Shown here: positions 21,219 to 34,515 of the stretch, piece after piece
Layout of the letters: every line of letters begins with the position of its first letter
How positions within the stretch are numbered: the stretch's first letter is position 1
From: Alphaproteobacteria bacterium
GTDB lineage: Bacteria; Pseudomonadota; Alphaproteobacteria; SP197
Direction of reading: 5' to 3'
NCBI GenBank assembly: GCA_964291415.2
Contig: OZ219920.1
Coordinates: forward strand, 512,001-576,000
Length of the DNA: 64,000 nt
The notes under the pieces: model-generated
The model's input: only the letters and a program-made list of their open reading frames with translations
What the model was told of the DNA's origin: nothing
Database searches by the model: none
Program-made: the position numbers and the translations under genes

Positions 21219-24200
21219 TCAGAACCGGGCTTCCAGCTTCAGCCGGACCCCGTGCTCGGGCTCCGTCCCGGCGTCGTTGGCGGGCTCCTTGCGCGTCGCC
21301 TCGATGCCGAGCTCGAACGAGGACGGCCCGCCCGGCACCAGCCCGAGCCGCCAGCCGAGCCGGTAGTCGCGCCCGGCGTCGGAGACGCCGATCCCGAGCT
21401 CCGGCGTCGACGTGAACCGGTCGCCGAACGCCGGGAGGCCGTAGCCGAGCTTCAGCTCCAGCCGGCGCGCCTCGAAGCCGTTGTCGTTGGCCGCGAGGTC
21501 GGCGAGCGTCTGGCGCCCGAGCAGCGCGTCGGCCCCGCCCGCGGCCTGCGCGCCCAGCGTCTGCGTCAGCGTGAGCGACGGCCCGCGGTCCGACGCCGGG
21601 TCCGGGTCCCAGGCGAGCGAGCCGGAGACGCCCCGGTCCTTGAGCCCCGCCGCCTCGTGGGCAACGAGCCCCCGTCCCGAGACCTCGGCCGAGAGCCCGA
21701 GCGCCGGGGCGTGCCAGCGCAGCCCGCCGCCGATATCGACGCCCCAGCCGGTCTCGGCGTCGCCGCCGTCATGGCGCAGACCGAGCTCGAAGGTGGGCTC
21801 CAGCGTGCCCCCGCCGTCGCCCGTCCCGGAACCCGATCCGGGAAGCGCGAAGGCGTAGCCGCCGTCGAGCCCGAGACGGAGCCGCGTCACGTCGGCCTCC
21901 GCCGCCGCCAGGCCCCGCGCCTTCTCCGAGGCGGTCCGCACCCAGAACGCGTCCGCCTCCAGGTCGAGCCGGAACCCGCTCCCGCCCGCCGGCTCGACGA
22001 GGTTGCCCCTGGCGCCGAGCGCCGCCATGCCGAGCGACATGTCGGTCTCCAGCGCCGGATCGTCCTCGCCCGTCTCCGGGTTCTTCGGGGTGAGCGTCAG
22101 CGTGCCCTCGCCGAGCCCCGCCGCGGCCCAGGCCCTGAGACGCGCGCTCACGTCAACCGCCGCATAGGGGTAGACCCCGGTGAGCGTGTTCTCGACTTTT
22201 CCTGAGCCGCCGTCGCCCGAATAGCTGCCCTCGCCGATGCTGTGCTTGACCATCGCGCCGAGCAGCCAGCGCCCGGTGCGCCAGTCGGCCCCGAGCGTCG
22301 CCGAGGTCACCTCGCCGTCGACGGTGAGCGGGCCGTCGCGCCCGCTGAACGACGACGACGCGCCCCGGCCCCAGAGCGCCACCGACGCCCCGCCGTCCTC
22401 CGGCGCCGCCGTCAGCGAGAACGCCGTCGAGGCCAGCACCTCGCGCCCCGTCATGCTCCGGTCCTTCGCGCGCGCCTCGTCGTCCCGCTCGTCGGTCCCC
22501 GCGAGCCACCGCCCGAGCCGCTCCGCGTCGCGCCGCGCCGCCGCGTCACCGACGAACCCCGCCGCGGCGGTTTCGTTGTCATTCGCCGCGCTCGCGCCCC
22601 GCCCGCCGCGGACCCCGAGGGCGCCCACGACGGCAGCGCCTGGCCGCCCAGCGTCGCCTGGCCGCCGGCCGCGCGCGGCGCGTCGAGCCGCGCGCCGACC
22701 GCGTCCACCACCTGCTCGGCCACGGTGCGCCCGAACCGCGCGAGCCACGCCTTCGGCATCTTGTCGGTGTTCCTGATCGTGCCCGTCGCCTCGAGATCGC
22801 CTGCCCGCGCGCCGACCACGTTCGAAAGCCGCAGCAGGAAGGTCTCGTGGCCCTCGTCGTGGCCGTCGTCGAGGATGGGCACCCGGACCGTCTTCGACGT
22901 CTCGCCCGCAACGAAGACGAGCGTGCCCGAGGTCGCCGTGTAGTCCTCGCCCGCCGTCGCCGTGCCGTCCGCCGTCGCGTAGCTCACCCGCACCCGGTGC
23001 CCGGACCCGTGAAGGCGCGGCTCAGGCTCACCTCGAACGCGACCGCCTCGTCCACGCCCTCGCGCGCCTCCGCGTCCGCCACCGAGAGCACCGGGCGCCA
23101 GTCGACCTTGTGCTTCGGGTCGTGGCCCAGCCCCGCGTGCCCGAGCGCCGCGTCCGCGCCCGTCGCCGCCGAGCGGATCGTCCCGCCGCCGAGCGCCAGC
23201 GTGTTCACCAGCACCGCGATGCCCTGCGGCGCGTAGTTGGGCTCCACCACCGTCCAGGCGAAGGTCAGCGCCAGCGTCGCCGTGCCGGTCGCGCCCTCGT
23301 ACACCGCCCGCTTCTCGCCCCAGCGCGGGTCCATCTTGATCGTGAGCCCGGGCGAGCCCGTCACCTCGACCGCCTCGCTGAAGGTGAGCCGCACCCGGAT
23401 CGTGTCGCCCAGGAGGTAGGTGTCGTCGCTGCCCGCATCCGAGACCACCGCCACCCCGGTCACCGAGGGCCGCCCCTCGGCCGGCGGCGCGAGCCGCCAG
23501 TCCACCCTGTGGGCCGCGTCGTGGCCGAGCCCCGCATGCGCAAGGCTCGCGTCCGACTGCGTCCCCGCCGACTTGATCGCGCCGCCGTTCGCCTCCAGCG
23601 TGTTGGCGAGCACCGCGATCCCGGTCGGGGCGGTGTTCGGCTCCACCACCGTGTAGGCGAAGGTCAGCGCCGCCGTGCCGCCGCCGCTCGCATAGCCCGC
23701 CCAGAACTCGCCCCAGCGCGGGTCCATCTTGATCTTCACCCGCGGCGAGCCCGTGACGTCGACCGCCCGGTCGAACGTCACCCGCACCCGGATCGTGTCG
23801 CCCAGGCCGTAGGTCCGGTCGCCGCCCGCGTCCGAGACCACCGCCACCCGGTGACCTTCGCCGGCGCCGCCCGCACCCCGGCGGACCCCGTCCCGCCGTG
23901 CGCGAGCGCCGCGGCCAGCCCGCCGCCCGCGCTCACGATCGACCCGCCGCCGAGGCTCAGGCTGTCCGCGACCACCCCGACCGCGCCGTGCCCGCCGTCG
24001 GCCCCTGCCAGGGTGTAGCCGAAGGTCAGCGCGGGCCCGCCGGAGCCCGCGCATACGCCGCGCGGCGCTCCACGCCCCCGAACGAGAGCGCCACCGAGGG
24101 CGCGCCCTCGACCGCGACCGGCTCGGCAAAGGTGAGCGTCACCGCCACCGTGTCGCCCGCGCCCCAGCCCCCGGCCGGCGCGTCCGGGACCGCCAGCCCC

Positions 24201-27200
24201 GTCACCCCCGGCGCCTCGCCGAAGGCGAGCGATGCCGCCGTGCCGCCCGCCGCGGCCGCGATCGCGCCGCCATTGAGCTTCAATCCCGACGCCGCCGCCC
24301 GCACCGAAGCGCCCAGGCTCCCGTCCGCCGCGACCGCCCGGTACGCGAACACGAGCCGCGCCGTCCCCGAGCCCGACACGTAGGCCGCCCGCCGGATTCC
24401 GTCATTCGCGATGAGCGCCAGCGTCGGCACGCCGCCTTCGGTGTCCACATCCACCGGCGCGTCGAACGTCACCGCCGCCTCGACCGTCTCGCCCTCGGTG
24501 TACGCGCCGTCCGCGCCCGCGTCCGACGTCACCTCGACCCCGGTCACCGCGACCGGGACCGGCGCGAGCCGCCAGTCCACCTTGTGCGCCGGGTCGTGCG
24601 GCAGCCCGGCATGCCCGAGCGCCACGGCCGCGCCGGTCGCCGCCGACGTGATCGTGCCGCCGTTCGTCTCCAGCGTGTCCGCCAGCACCGCGATGCCGGT
24701 CGGGGCGGTGTTCGGCTCCGCCACCCGGTAGGCGAAGGTCAGCGCGTTCGTGCCGGAGCCGCTCTCGTAGCCCGCCCGGAACGCGCCCCAGCGCGGGTCC
24801 ATCTTGATCGTCAGGCGCGGCGTCCCGCCGCCGGTGTCCACCTCGACCGCCTCGGCGAAGGTCACCTCCACCCGGATGGTCTCGCCGAGCGCGTAGGTGT
24901 CGTCGTCGCCCGCGTCCGAGACCACCGCCACGCCGGTCACCGAAGACCCCGTCCCGGTGACGTTGACCAGCTCGATCCGGACGTACAGCCCGGTGCCGGC
25001 GTCGCCGTCCGGCGCCAGCAGGTTCCCGGCGAGGTCACGGAACGACCCGTCGGCGCCGTCGGCGCGCCGGAAGTAGGTCAGCTTGTTGCGCTCCGTCAGG
25101 CCCGCCCGCGCCGGCGGACAGTACTTGCCCAGCCCGACCGTCACCGTCTCGCCGTCGACCGACACCGCGCCCGTGGCGGAGCAGCCGAGCGATGCCGTCT
25201 CCGAGGTCTGTATGCCCATCAGGAACCGGCCCCCGGTCGATGCCGGGTCCAGCGCCTCGCTGAAGGTGAGAGTCACCGTCCCGCCGTCGATCTCGCCCCG
25301 CAGCAGCCGGGGCGGCTCCCCATCCACCCTGTGCGCCGCGTCGGGCGCAAGACCCGGGTGGCCGAGCGCCGCGTCCGCCTGCCCGGCCGCGGTCCGGATC
25401 GTGCCGCCATCGAGCTCCAGCGTGTCCGCGAGCACCGCGACGCCGCCGCCGGACACATCGCCGGCGGCCACCGTGTAGGCGAAGGTCAGCGCGTTCGTGC
25501 CCGAGCCGCCCGCATACGCCGCCCAGCGCTCGCCGCCGTCGGCCGGGTCGAGGTCGAGCTTCAGGCGCGGCGTCCCGCCCGCCGTGCCCACGTCGACCGC
25601 CTCGGCGAAGGTGAGCCGCACCCGGATCTCGTCGCCGGCCGCGTAGGTTGCGTCCGCGCCCGGGTCGGAGACCACCGCCACCGCCTCGCCCGACGGCGCC
25701 GCGGGCGTTGCGTTCGCTGCCGCCTCGCCCGAGAAGGCCGCCGCCGCGTTGCCCGCGAGGTCGCGGACCGGGCCGTCCTCCGGCGGCGCGTAGGCCACCG
25801 TCACCGTCTCGCCGGCAAGGACCGCCCCGGCGAGCGTCACCGTCAGCGCCGCGCCGTCGACGCCCGCCGTGCCCGTGCCGGCGATCTCGCGCGCCGCGCC
25901 GTCGCCGAGCCGCGCCGTCGCCGTGAAGGCGCTTCCCGCCGGCGCCGGGTCCGCCTCCAGCGCCTCGCCGAAGGTCACCGTCAGCGCCGTGCCCGACACC
26001 GCCGCCGACGCGAACGCGGGCGCCGCCGTGTCCACCCGGTGGCCCGTGTCCGCCGCCACCGCCGGATGGGCGAGCGCCGCGTCGGCATCCGTCGCCGACG
26101 ACCTGATCGTGCCGCCGTCGAGCTCCAGCGTGTCCGCCACCACCGCGACGCCGTCCGCCGACATGTCGCCGGCGACCACCGTGTAGGCGAACGTGAGCAC
26201 CGTCCCGCCGCTGCCCGAGGCGTACGCCGCCCACCGCTCGCCCGCGCCGTCCCCGCCGCCGAGGTCGAGCTTGAGCCGCGGCGTCCCGCCTTCCGTGTCG
26301 ACGTCCACCGTCTCAGCGAAGGTGAGCGACACCCGGATCTCGTCGCCGGCCGCGTAGGTCTCGTCCGCGCCCGGGGCGGAGGCCACCGTCACCGCCTCGA
26401 CAGCCGGCGCCGCGGCCGGCGTCCCGACGGTCACCGGCAGGTCCACGACGTTCCCGAGCTGCTTGCCGTCGACGCTCCACAGCCCGACCTCGCCGAGCGG
26501 CCGCCGGTAGCTCACCGTCGCCGTCTCGCCCGGCGCGAACTCGCGGCTCAGCGTCAGCCGGAGCGCGCGCGGGTCGTCCGCCGGGAACGCCGTCCCCGTC
26601 ACCGTCACCGGCCCGCCCGACGCCGCGACCGTGAACCACTCCGGGCGCGCCTCCGAATGCGCCGCGAACGGCCGTTTCGCCCTCAGGATGACGCTGCCCG
26701 GCTCCGCCGAATCAAGTCCATCCGGATCGCAGTGATCCCACCGCTCGTTCTCCACCTCCACCGGGCCGAAGCTCTCCGCCTTCGTGCCCCAGAGGTTGCG
26801 CAGCGCGTTGCGCTCGGGCTCGGCATAGCTCACCATCACGTCGTCGCCGGAGTCCTCATGGCCGTCGCAGGGCTGCAGCGGCCTCCCCAGGCGCAACGCC
26901 ACCTCGGCGCCCTGCACCGTGACGGCGTTGACGCCGTGGTACACGTTCACGGAGAGCACGAACGCCTCGTTCCACGGTACCGTCGTCGGGTCCAGCAGCT
27001 CGTCGAAGGTGAACGTCAGCACCCTCCCGTTCGCCTCCGGCGGGTCGTGCTCGATCTCGTCTTCCAGATTGGTGTCCACGAGCGTCGGCCGACCCAGGTG
27101 GCCCGTCACACCCAGGTTTTCCATCAGTTGACGCGGAAAGCTGAAGTCCGCAGCTTCGTTGCCGGCCGGGTCCCGCAGCGGGGTCGCGCCCGCGTTCGCC

Positions 27201-30200
27201 TTGGTGTAGTCCACCGTCACCACCGCACCGGCGGCCGCCGCCGAAGCCAGGGTGAGGTAGACCGCGTTGCCCCGCACCTTCACCGCGTCGACCCCGCGGT
27301 CCGCGCCCGCCACCTCCACCGTGAAGGCCGCGGCCGCCGGCACCGAGCTCTCGTCCAGCGCCTCGTCGAAATAGAGCGTCAGGTCCGTCCCGGAGACGCT
27401 GCCGGAAGTCGCGCCCGGTCCGGTCCCGTCGAGCCACGCGGCCCGCCAGGCGCCGATGTCCGCCACCTCGCCGCCGGCCGCGCCGCGCAGCGGGCTGGCG
27501 TCGTCGCCCTTGTCGTAGCCTATCCACGCGACCCCGATGTCGTCGTCCAGCGCCTCCTCCAGCGTGACCACGACCGTCGCGCCCCGGACCTGCGCCCGGC
27601 CCGTGCCCCGAACGCGGTAGGACCCGTCGCCCGAATTGCCGTACACCTCGAACCGGCGCCCGGCCGGGCGCGACGCCGAGTCCAGCCCGCGATCGAAGAA
27701 CAGCGTGAGCGCGCGCCCCTCCACCGTCGCGCGCGCCAGTTTCGGCGGCGGACCGTCGATTCCCGTGGCGTTGAAGACCGGCCGGTTCTCCAGGTCCGCC
27801 ACCGGGTTGCCCGCCGCGTCCTGGAGCCGGTGCCAGGACGCGGCCCCCCCGTAGTCCAGCGTGACCGGCTGGCCGGGCGCCACCGCCGTGCCCAGGGTGA
27901 GCGTCACCGTCGGGCCGCTCAACGCCACCCGGTTGGGGGACTGGTTGACGATCGGGGTTCCCAGGTGGCGCCCGCCCTGGATGATGAACGCGTGGCGCAG
28001 CGCCCGCGCCGCCCTCTCCGCCTCGTCCGGCACCGCCAGGTCCTCGTCGAAGGTCAGCGTCAGCGTCTTGCCGCTCACCGACGCATCGACGAGCTCCGGC
28101 GGCCTGTTGTCCTCCCCCGCCGGCTCGGCGCCGTTCACCTTGTGGTCCGGGGCGGCGCCCAGCGCCCCGGTGCCGCGCGACGCGTTGCGGTCCTGCCCGT
28201 CCTTGAGCGTCGCTCCCCCGGTCAGGATCACCAGGTCGCCCGCCGCCGTGCGCAACGGGGCGATGCCGTCGCCGTCCATGTCCGCCTGCACGACCGTGTA
28301 CCGGAAATGCAGCGCGCGCGCCCGGCCGCTCGTCTCGCCGCCCGTCAGCAGGGACGCCGTCCGCGTCGTCCCGCCCACGTCGAGCTCCACCGCCATCTCC
28401 GCGCCGGCGGCCGACACGTCCCACAACACGTCCGCCGACCAGGTCACCTTCACCCGGATATGCTCGTTCCGTCCGTAGGTGTCGGCGGCGAGCGACGGCG
28501 CGGACTCGATCGCCACCGACAGGATCGTCGTCAGGGGCGCCGGCGTCGCGTTGGTCACGTCCGCGTTGGCGAAGCTGTCGCCTGGTTGGCCCGGGCGTCC
28601 CGGAGTGCGCCGCCGCCGGCCTGGGTCTTGTCGTAGCCCACGGTGACGGTCTGGCCGTAGGCGACCGCCGCGGCCAGGGTCAGCGTCACCGTCCGCCCGC
28701 TTACGGAGACGGCGCCGCTCGCCGCCAGCTCCGCCGCCGATTCGCCCGCCGTCACCGTGAAGGCGGCCTTCGCCGGCGCCGCCACGGTCTCGTCCAGCGC
28801 CTCGTCGAAGGAAATCGTCAGCACCGCGCCGTTCACCGACGCCGAGGCGAGCGCCGGGCCCGTCGTGTCCGCCCGGGTGGCGTTGGTCGCCGTCTGGGCC
28901 GCGAAGTCCGGCACCGGGTGCTTCGCGTTGTCCGAGTCCTGGAGCTTCGCGCCCGTCGCCGGCGCCGCATAGGCCACCGTCACCGTGTCGCCGGGCAGCA
29001 CCGCCGCGGCGAGAGCGAGCGTCACCGTCGAGCCGCCGACCGAGACCGGGTTGGTGGCCGCCAGGCTCAGCGTGCTCTCGGCCCCCGAGCGCGTCCCCTT
29101 CACCGTGAACGCGCTCCCCGCCGGCACCGCGCTCCCGTCCAGCGCCCCGTCGAAGGTCACGATCAGCACGTCCTCGTTCACCGTCGCAGACGAGAACGCC
29201 GGCGGCGTGTTGTTGGCCGCGGCCTTGTTGAACCCGACCACACGGTTGCCCGACAGGTCCCTGAGCTCCAACGCGGCGTCGGACGGCCGGGAGTAGTTCG
29301 CCCCCAGCTCCTGTCCGTGCCGAGCCGCCGTCGCAAAGGTCGCGGTCACGGTGCTCCCGGAGATCGACGCGCTGTCGGCAAACGTGGTGGCCAATTCGAA
29401 AAACCGTCCGAACGCGTCCGCCGGCACCGCCACGGTCTCGTCCAGGGGCTCGTCGAACGTGATGGTCATCTTCGTCCCGTTCACCGTCGCCGAGACGAAC
29501 GAAGGCGGTGTCGAGTCGGTGGTGTTGTTGGTCGCCGTCTTGGCCGAGAAGTCCGGCACCGGGTGCTGCGCGTTGTCCGCGTCCTGGAGCTTGTCGCCGG
29601 TCGCCGGCGCCGCGTAGGCCACCGTCACCGTGTCGACGGGCAGCACCGCCTCGGCCAGGGTGAGCGTCACCTCGAGCCGCTGATTGAGACCGGGTTCGTG
29701 GCCGCCAGGCTCAGCGTGCTCTCGGTCCCCGAGCGCGTCCCCTTCACCGTGAACGCGCTCCCCGCCGGCACCGCGGCCTCATCCAGGCCCCCGTTGAAGG
29801 TGACGGTCAGCGCCGCCCCGTTCACCTTCGCCGACGAGAACGCCGGCGGCGTCACGTTGGGCAGGTTGTTATTGAACGTCCCCTGCGGCACCAGGTTGCC
29901 AGACAGGTCCTTCAGCGCGTTCGCCGAGTTCAAGTCCTGCGGCCCGACATAGGACGCACCGCAAGCGCACTCGCCGATGTGGCGTACCGCCGTCGCCAAG
30001 GTCACGGTCACGGTGTCGCCGGAAATCGAGACCCCCGACGAACGAATGGGGTTGACGAAGTCGTTGCCCCTTACGATCTGAAACATACTCGCCACCGCCG
30101 CTGGCGGCAGCACGCTCTCGTCCAGCGCTTCGTCGAAGACCACCGTCATCGTCGCCCCGTTGATCGACGCCGACACGAACGAGGGCGGTGTCGTGTCCGC

Positions 30201-33200
30201 CGGCGTGTCGTTGGTCGCGGTCTGGGCGGAGAAGTCCGGCACCGGGTGGTTCGCGTTGTCCGAGTCCTGGAGCTTGTCGCCGGTCGCAGGCGCCGCGTAG
30301 GCCACCGTCACCGTGTCGATGCGCAGCACCGCCTCGGCCAGGGTGAGCGTCACCTCGTCGCCGCTGACGGAGACCGGGTTCGTGGCCGCCAGGCTCAGCG
30401 TGCTCTCGGTCCCCGAGCGCGTCCCCTTCACCGTGAACGCGCTCCCCGCCGGCACCGCGCTCCCGTCCAGCGCCCCGTCGAAGGTGACGGTCAGCTCATC
30501 GCCGTCCACCGTCGCGGACGAGAACGCCGGCGGCGTGTTGTTGGTCACGGCCTCCGTTGAACACCACGGGCGCCTCGTTGCCGGCAAGGTCCTTGAGCCG
30601 CTTGGTGGCGTCGTCCGACTGCGCGTACCCACCCTCGCCCTCTGCCCGTGCAGGGCCGCCGTCGCGAAGGTCAGGGTCACGGTGCGCCCGGAGATGGAAC
30701 GAGCCGGTGGGAGCCTCGCCCAAGCCGTCGAGGGCGCGCGAAAACTTGGCAGTTATCGAGCGACACGCTCTCGTCCAGCGCCTCGTCGAAGGTCACCGTC
30801 ATCGTCGTCCCGTTCGCCGACGCCGACACGAACGAAGGCTCCGTCGTGTCCGCCGGGGTGGCGTTGGTCGCCGTCTGGGCGGAGAAGCCCGGCACCGGGA
30901 GCTTCGCGTTGTCCGAGTCCTGCAGCTTGTTGCCCGTCGCCGGCGCCGCGTAGGCCACCGTCACCGTGTCGGCGCGCCAGCACCGCCTCGGCCAGGGTGA
31001 GCGTCACCTCGGAGCCGCTGACGGCGACCGGGTTCGTGGCCGCCAGGCTCAGCGTGCTCTCGGTCCCCGAGCGCGTCCCCTTCACCGTGAACGCGCTCCC
31101 CGCCGGCACCGCGTCCTCGTCCAGCGCCCCGTCGAAGGTGACGGTCAGCGCCGAGCCGTTCACCTTCGCCGACGAATACGCCGGCGGCGTGTTGTTGGTC
31201 AGGTTGTTAGCGAACGTCCCCTGCGGCACCAGGTTGCCAGCCAAGTCCTTCAGCGCGTTCGCCGAGTTCAAGTCCTGCGGCCCGACATAGGACGCCCGCA
31301 AGCGCACTCCGATGTGGCGTACCGCCGTCGCCAAGGTCACGGTCACGGTGTCGCCGGAAATCGAGACCCCCGACGAACGAATGGGGTTGACGAAGTCGTT
31401 GCCCCTTACGATCTGAAACATACTCGCCACCGCCGCTGGCGGCAGCACGCTCTCGTCCAGCGCTTCATTGAAGACCACCGTCATCTTCGCCCCGTTGATC
31501 GAGGCCGAGACGAACGAGGGCGGTGTCGTGTCCGCCGGCGTGTCGTTGGTCGCCGTCTGGGCGGAGAAGTCCGGCACCGGGTGGTTCGCGTTGTCCGAGT
31601 CCTGGAGCTTGTCGCCGGTCGCAGGCGCCGCGTAGGCCACCGTCACCGTGTCGATGCGCAGCACCGCCTCGGCCAGGGTGAGCGTCACCTCGTCGCCGCT
31701 GACGGAGACCGGGTTCGTGGCCGCCAGGCTCAGCGTGCTCTCGGTCCCCGAGCGCGTCCCCTTCACCGTGAACGCGCTCCCCGCCGGCACCGCGCTCCCG
31801 TCCAGCGCCCCGTCGAAGGTGACGGTCAGCTCATCGCCGTCCACCGTCGCGGACGAGAACGCCGGCGGGGTGACGTTGGTCGCGGTCGCGGCGAGCAAGG
31901 TGAAGTTGAGGCCGTCCGGCACGGCGATCGCGTTACCCGACTGGTCCGCGAGCCGGTCGGCCGCCGTGTTCGATTGATGGTAGCGAAGTAGCCCCACGCT
32001 CTCGCCATGGCCCGGTGCGTCGGCCGCGGCGAACGTCGCCGTCGCCGTCGCGCCGGAGATCGACACGCCCGTCGAGTCGTGCGCACTGCCGCCATGGGTC
32101 ACGCTGAACCGGTTGTTCGACACGTTCCCCGACGCGCCGGCGGCCGCCAGCGTCTCGTCGAAGACCACCGTCAGCGTCGTGCCGTTCATCGACGCCGAGA
32201 CGAACGTCGGACCCGTGGTATCCGCCGCGGTGTCGTTGGTCGCCGTCTTCGTGTCGCCGAAGCCCGTCACCGGGAGCTTCAGGTTGTCCGCGTCCTGGAG
32301 CTTGGCGCCGGTCGCAGGCACCGCGTAGGCCACCGTCACCGTGTCGGTGCGCAGCACCGCCTCGGCCAGGGTGAGCGTCACCGCCGAGCCGCTGATTGAG
32401 ACCGGGTTGGTGGCCGCCAGGCTCAGCGTGCTCTCGGTCCCCGAGCGCGTCGCCTTCACCGTGAACGCGCTCCCCGCCGGCACCGCGTCCTCGTCAAGCG
32501 CCCCATTGAAGGTGATGGTCAGCGCCGAGCCGTTCACCTTCGCCGACGAATACGCCGGCGGCGTGTTGTTGGTCAGGTTGTTAGCGAACGTCCCCTGCGG
32601 CACCAGGTTGCCAGCCAAGTCCTTGAGCGCGTTCGCCGAGTTCAAGTCCTGCGGCCCGACATAGGACGCCCGCAAGCGCACTCCGATGTGGCGTACCGCC
32701 GTCGCCAAGGTCACGGTCACGGTGTCGCCGGAAATCGAGACCCCCGACGAACGAATGGGGTTGACGAAGTCGTTGCCCCTTACGATCTGAAACATACTCG
32801 CCACCGCCGCTGGCGGCAGCACGCTCTCGTCCAGCGCTTCATTGAAGACCACCGTCATCTTCGCCCCGTTGATCGAGGCCGAGACGAACGAGGGCGGTGT
32901 CGTGTCCCCGGCGTTGCCCGCCGGCCGGTCGGCGAAACTCGGCAGCTCGTTGTTGGAGCTGTCCTTCAGCACATTGCCGCTGGCCGGCTTGTCGTAGCGC
33001 ACCGTCAGCCGCTCGTCCGCGGCCACCGCCGCGCTCAGCGTCGCCGTCACCGTCTTGTCCGAAATCCCGACCAGCGCGCCCGTGCCGGCGATGGTGCGGA
33101 TCGAGCCCGATTTCGAGGCGGTCACCGTGAACGCGCTGCCCGCGGGCTTCGAATTCGTGTCCAGCGCCGTGTCGAAGGTGACGCTCAGCTTGGTGCCGTC

Positions 33201-34112
33201 CACCGTCGCGCTCTTCACCCGCGACGGGAGCACCGTGACCGTCACCGTGTCCTCCTCGGACGACGTCCCGTCATTGACGGTCAGCGTGAAGGTCAGGTCG
33301 GTCTGCATGCTCACCGACGGCGCGATGAACGCCGGCGTCGCCGAACTCGCGTCGTCCAGCATCACCGTCGGCCCGGCCGTCTGCGACCACGCGTAGGTCA
33401 GCCTTGCGGGCCTCGAGCCCGTGCCGTCCAGCGCCACACGCGCCCCGGCACGGACCGTCAGGTCGTCACCCGCGTCGGCCGATAGGCTCAATGCCTCCAG
33501 TCTCGCCTGGGCGATGTCGCCAGCCCACACTCCGTTGTGGCGACTTCGCATTTCCACGCCCACCGTCCAGGTGACGCCGGTCTCCAGGCCGGTCAGCGTG
33601 AACGAGCGTGTTTGGGCGTTGGTTATCTGGCGGACCGGTCTCTCCACGTTCCCGGTGCTCTGTTTCTTTGCGTGGATGTGCCACCGGACGAAGTTCCCTT
33701 GGGGGCCCGTGGTGGCCGGCTCCCAGCGCAACGTGATCTCCCCGACGCCTGGTCCCGGCTCGGCGGTGCCCGTCGGCGCGTCTGCGCAGTTTGGGCAGCT
33801 GGTGCGGTCCAATCCCAGCTTCAGATGCACATGACCCTCAGCCCCTTCGTCATGCGCCTGGGCCGCCCCGGCGCCGAGCAGCAGGGGGAGGACGAGGGCG
33901 GCGGCGAGCGCGCAGGCGGACGCCCGCCAGGCGCGGGCCAGGCGGGCGGGCCGGAAGCCGGAAGGAGGGGGAGAGCGGGAGTGGCGCGCAGGGTCCGCCG
34001 GACGGCGGCGCCCGAGGCTCAGCCGGCCAGGGCGCTCCCGCAGGCGGGCCGGAGCCCGTCCCGAACCTGTCGCAGAGCCCGTCCCGAGCCTGTCGAGGGA
34101 GGCGCCGCCCAC
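21219..34112 (-). CDS. Giant autotransporter adhesin (~4300 aa if the frames are joined): signal peptide, FN3-like, PKD-like, many SwmB-like repeats, Calx-beta, C-terminal beta-barrel
   Basis: Consecutive minus-strand ORFs join at mid-domain. LLLGAGAAQA signal; ADAGDD..YAWSQTAGP; repeated ATVDG..LTLTFDEALD..L.D.AGN; YATADGTATAGEDY; barrel ending LKLEARF. Confidence 0.85.
23095..26410 (-). repeat. About 6-7 diverged ~120-aa repeats inside the adhesin
   Basis: Recurrent VVSDAG.D.TY..GD.IRV..TF.EAV.V..PRL....W..Y.SGSG...LTFAY.V..GIAVLA.TL...GG.I..GL.HD..HKVD. Confidence 0.85.
28550..32905 (-). repeat. Near-identical intragenic repeat array: six constant domains alternating with variable domains
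   Basis: GSAFTVKGTRSGTESTLSLAATNPV block occurs six times; MFQIVRGNDFVNPIRSSG block occurs three times (near 32780, 31400, 30070) with near-identical DNA. Confidence 0.92.
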
Positions 34113-34146
34113 GGCGTCAGCCGCCGCCGGCGTGCGGACGCAGGAG

Positions 34147-34236
34147 CGGCTCGGCTCGGCTCGGCTCGGCTCGGCTCGGCTCGGCTCGGCTCGGCTCGGC
34201 TCGGCTCGGCTCGGCTCGGCTCGGCTCGGCTCGGCT
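34147..34236. repeat. Perfect pentanucleotide SSR (CGGCT)18
   Basis: 90 bp of uninterrupted CGGCT directly 5' of the adhesin ORF. Confidence 0.97.
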
Positions 34237-34408
34237 TAATCAGGCGGAGCAATTCTCTACCTGCCACACTGCTGCGGGCATACGGACACCTCCCGCCCGG
34301 CGGTACCAGGCGCCGACGCGTTGCATTCCGGTGCACCGATCTGCAACGGCGTCTGGACTTCACCGGCGATTTCGAAAACTTTAGAGGAGGCCCAAAACCC
34401 CCGTAAAT

Positions 34409-34424
34409 CCTGCCATTTGGGAGG
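34409..34424. promoter_or_regulatory. Palindromic box copy 1 (upstream of adhesin)
   Basis: CCTGCCATTTGGGAGG; one mismatch to copy 2. Confidence 0.65.
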
Positions 34425-34515
34425 TATCGAAAGCCCGCCCGAAGCCCGGTCAGGGCGGCGGGAGAAGGGGAGCAGGGGGAGCGCCGGCTGTCGCCGGCGG
34501 ACCCTCGGCGGGCCG

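Noticed and set aside
28550-32905. Possible diversity-generating retroelement TR/VR pairs
   Set aside because: No reverse transcriptase in the window, and differences between copies do not look adenine-specific.
300-34000. Many long plus-strand and alternate-frame ORFs (e.g. 24584-28636, 1350 aa)
   Set aside because: Shadow ORFs of high-GC genes on the opposite strand; Arg/Pro/Gly-rich with no motifs.
33537-34406. Plus-strand ORFs containing ARLGS repeats
   Set aside because: Translation of the SSR antisense to the adhesin start; no independent coding evidence.
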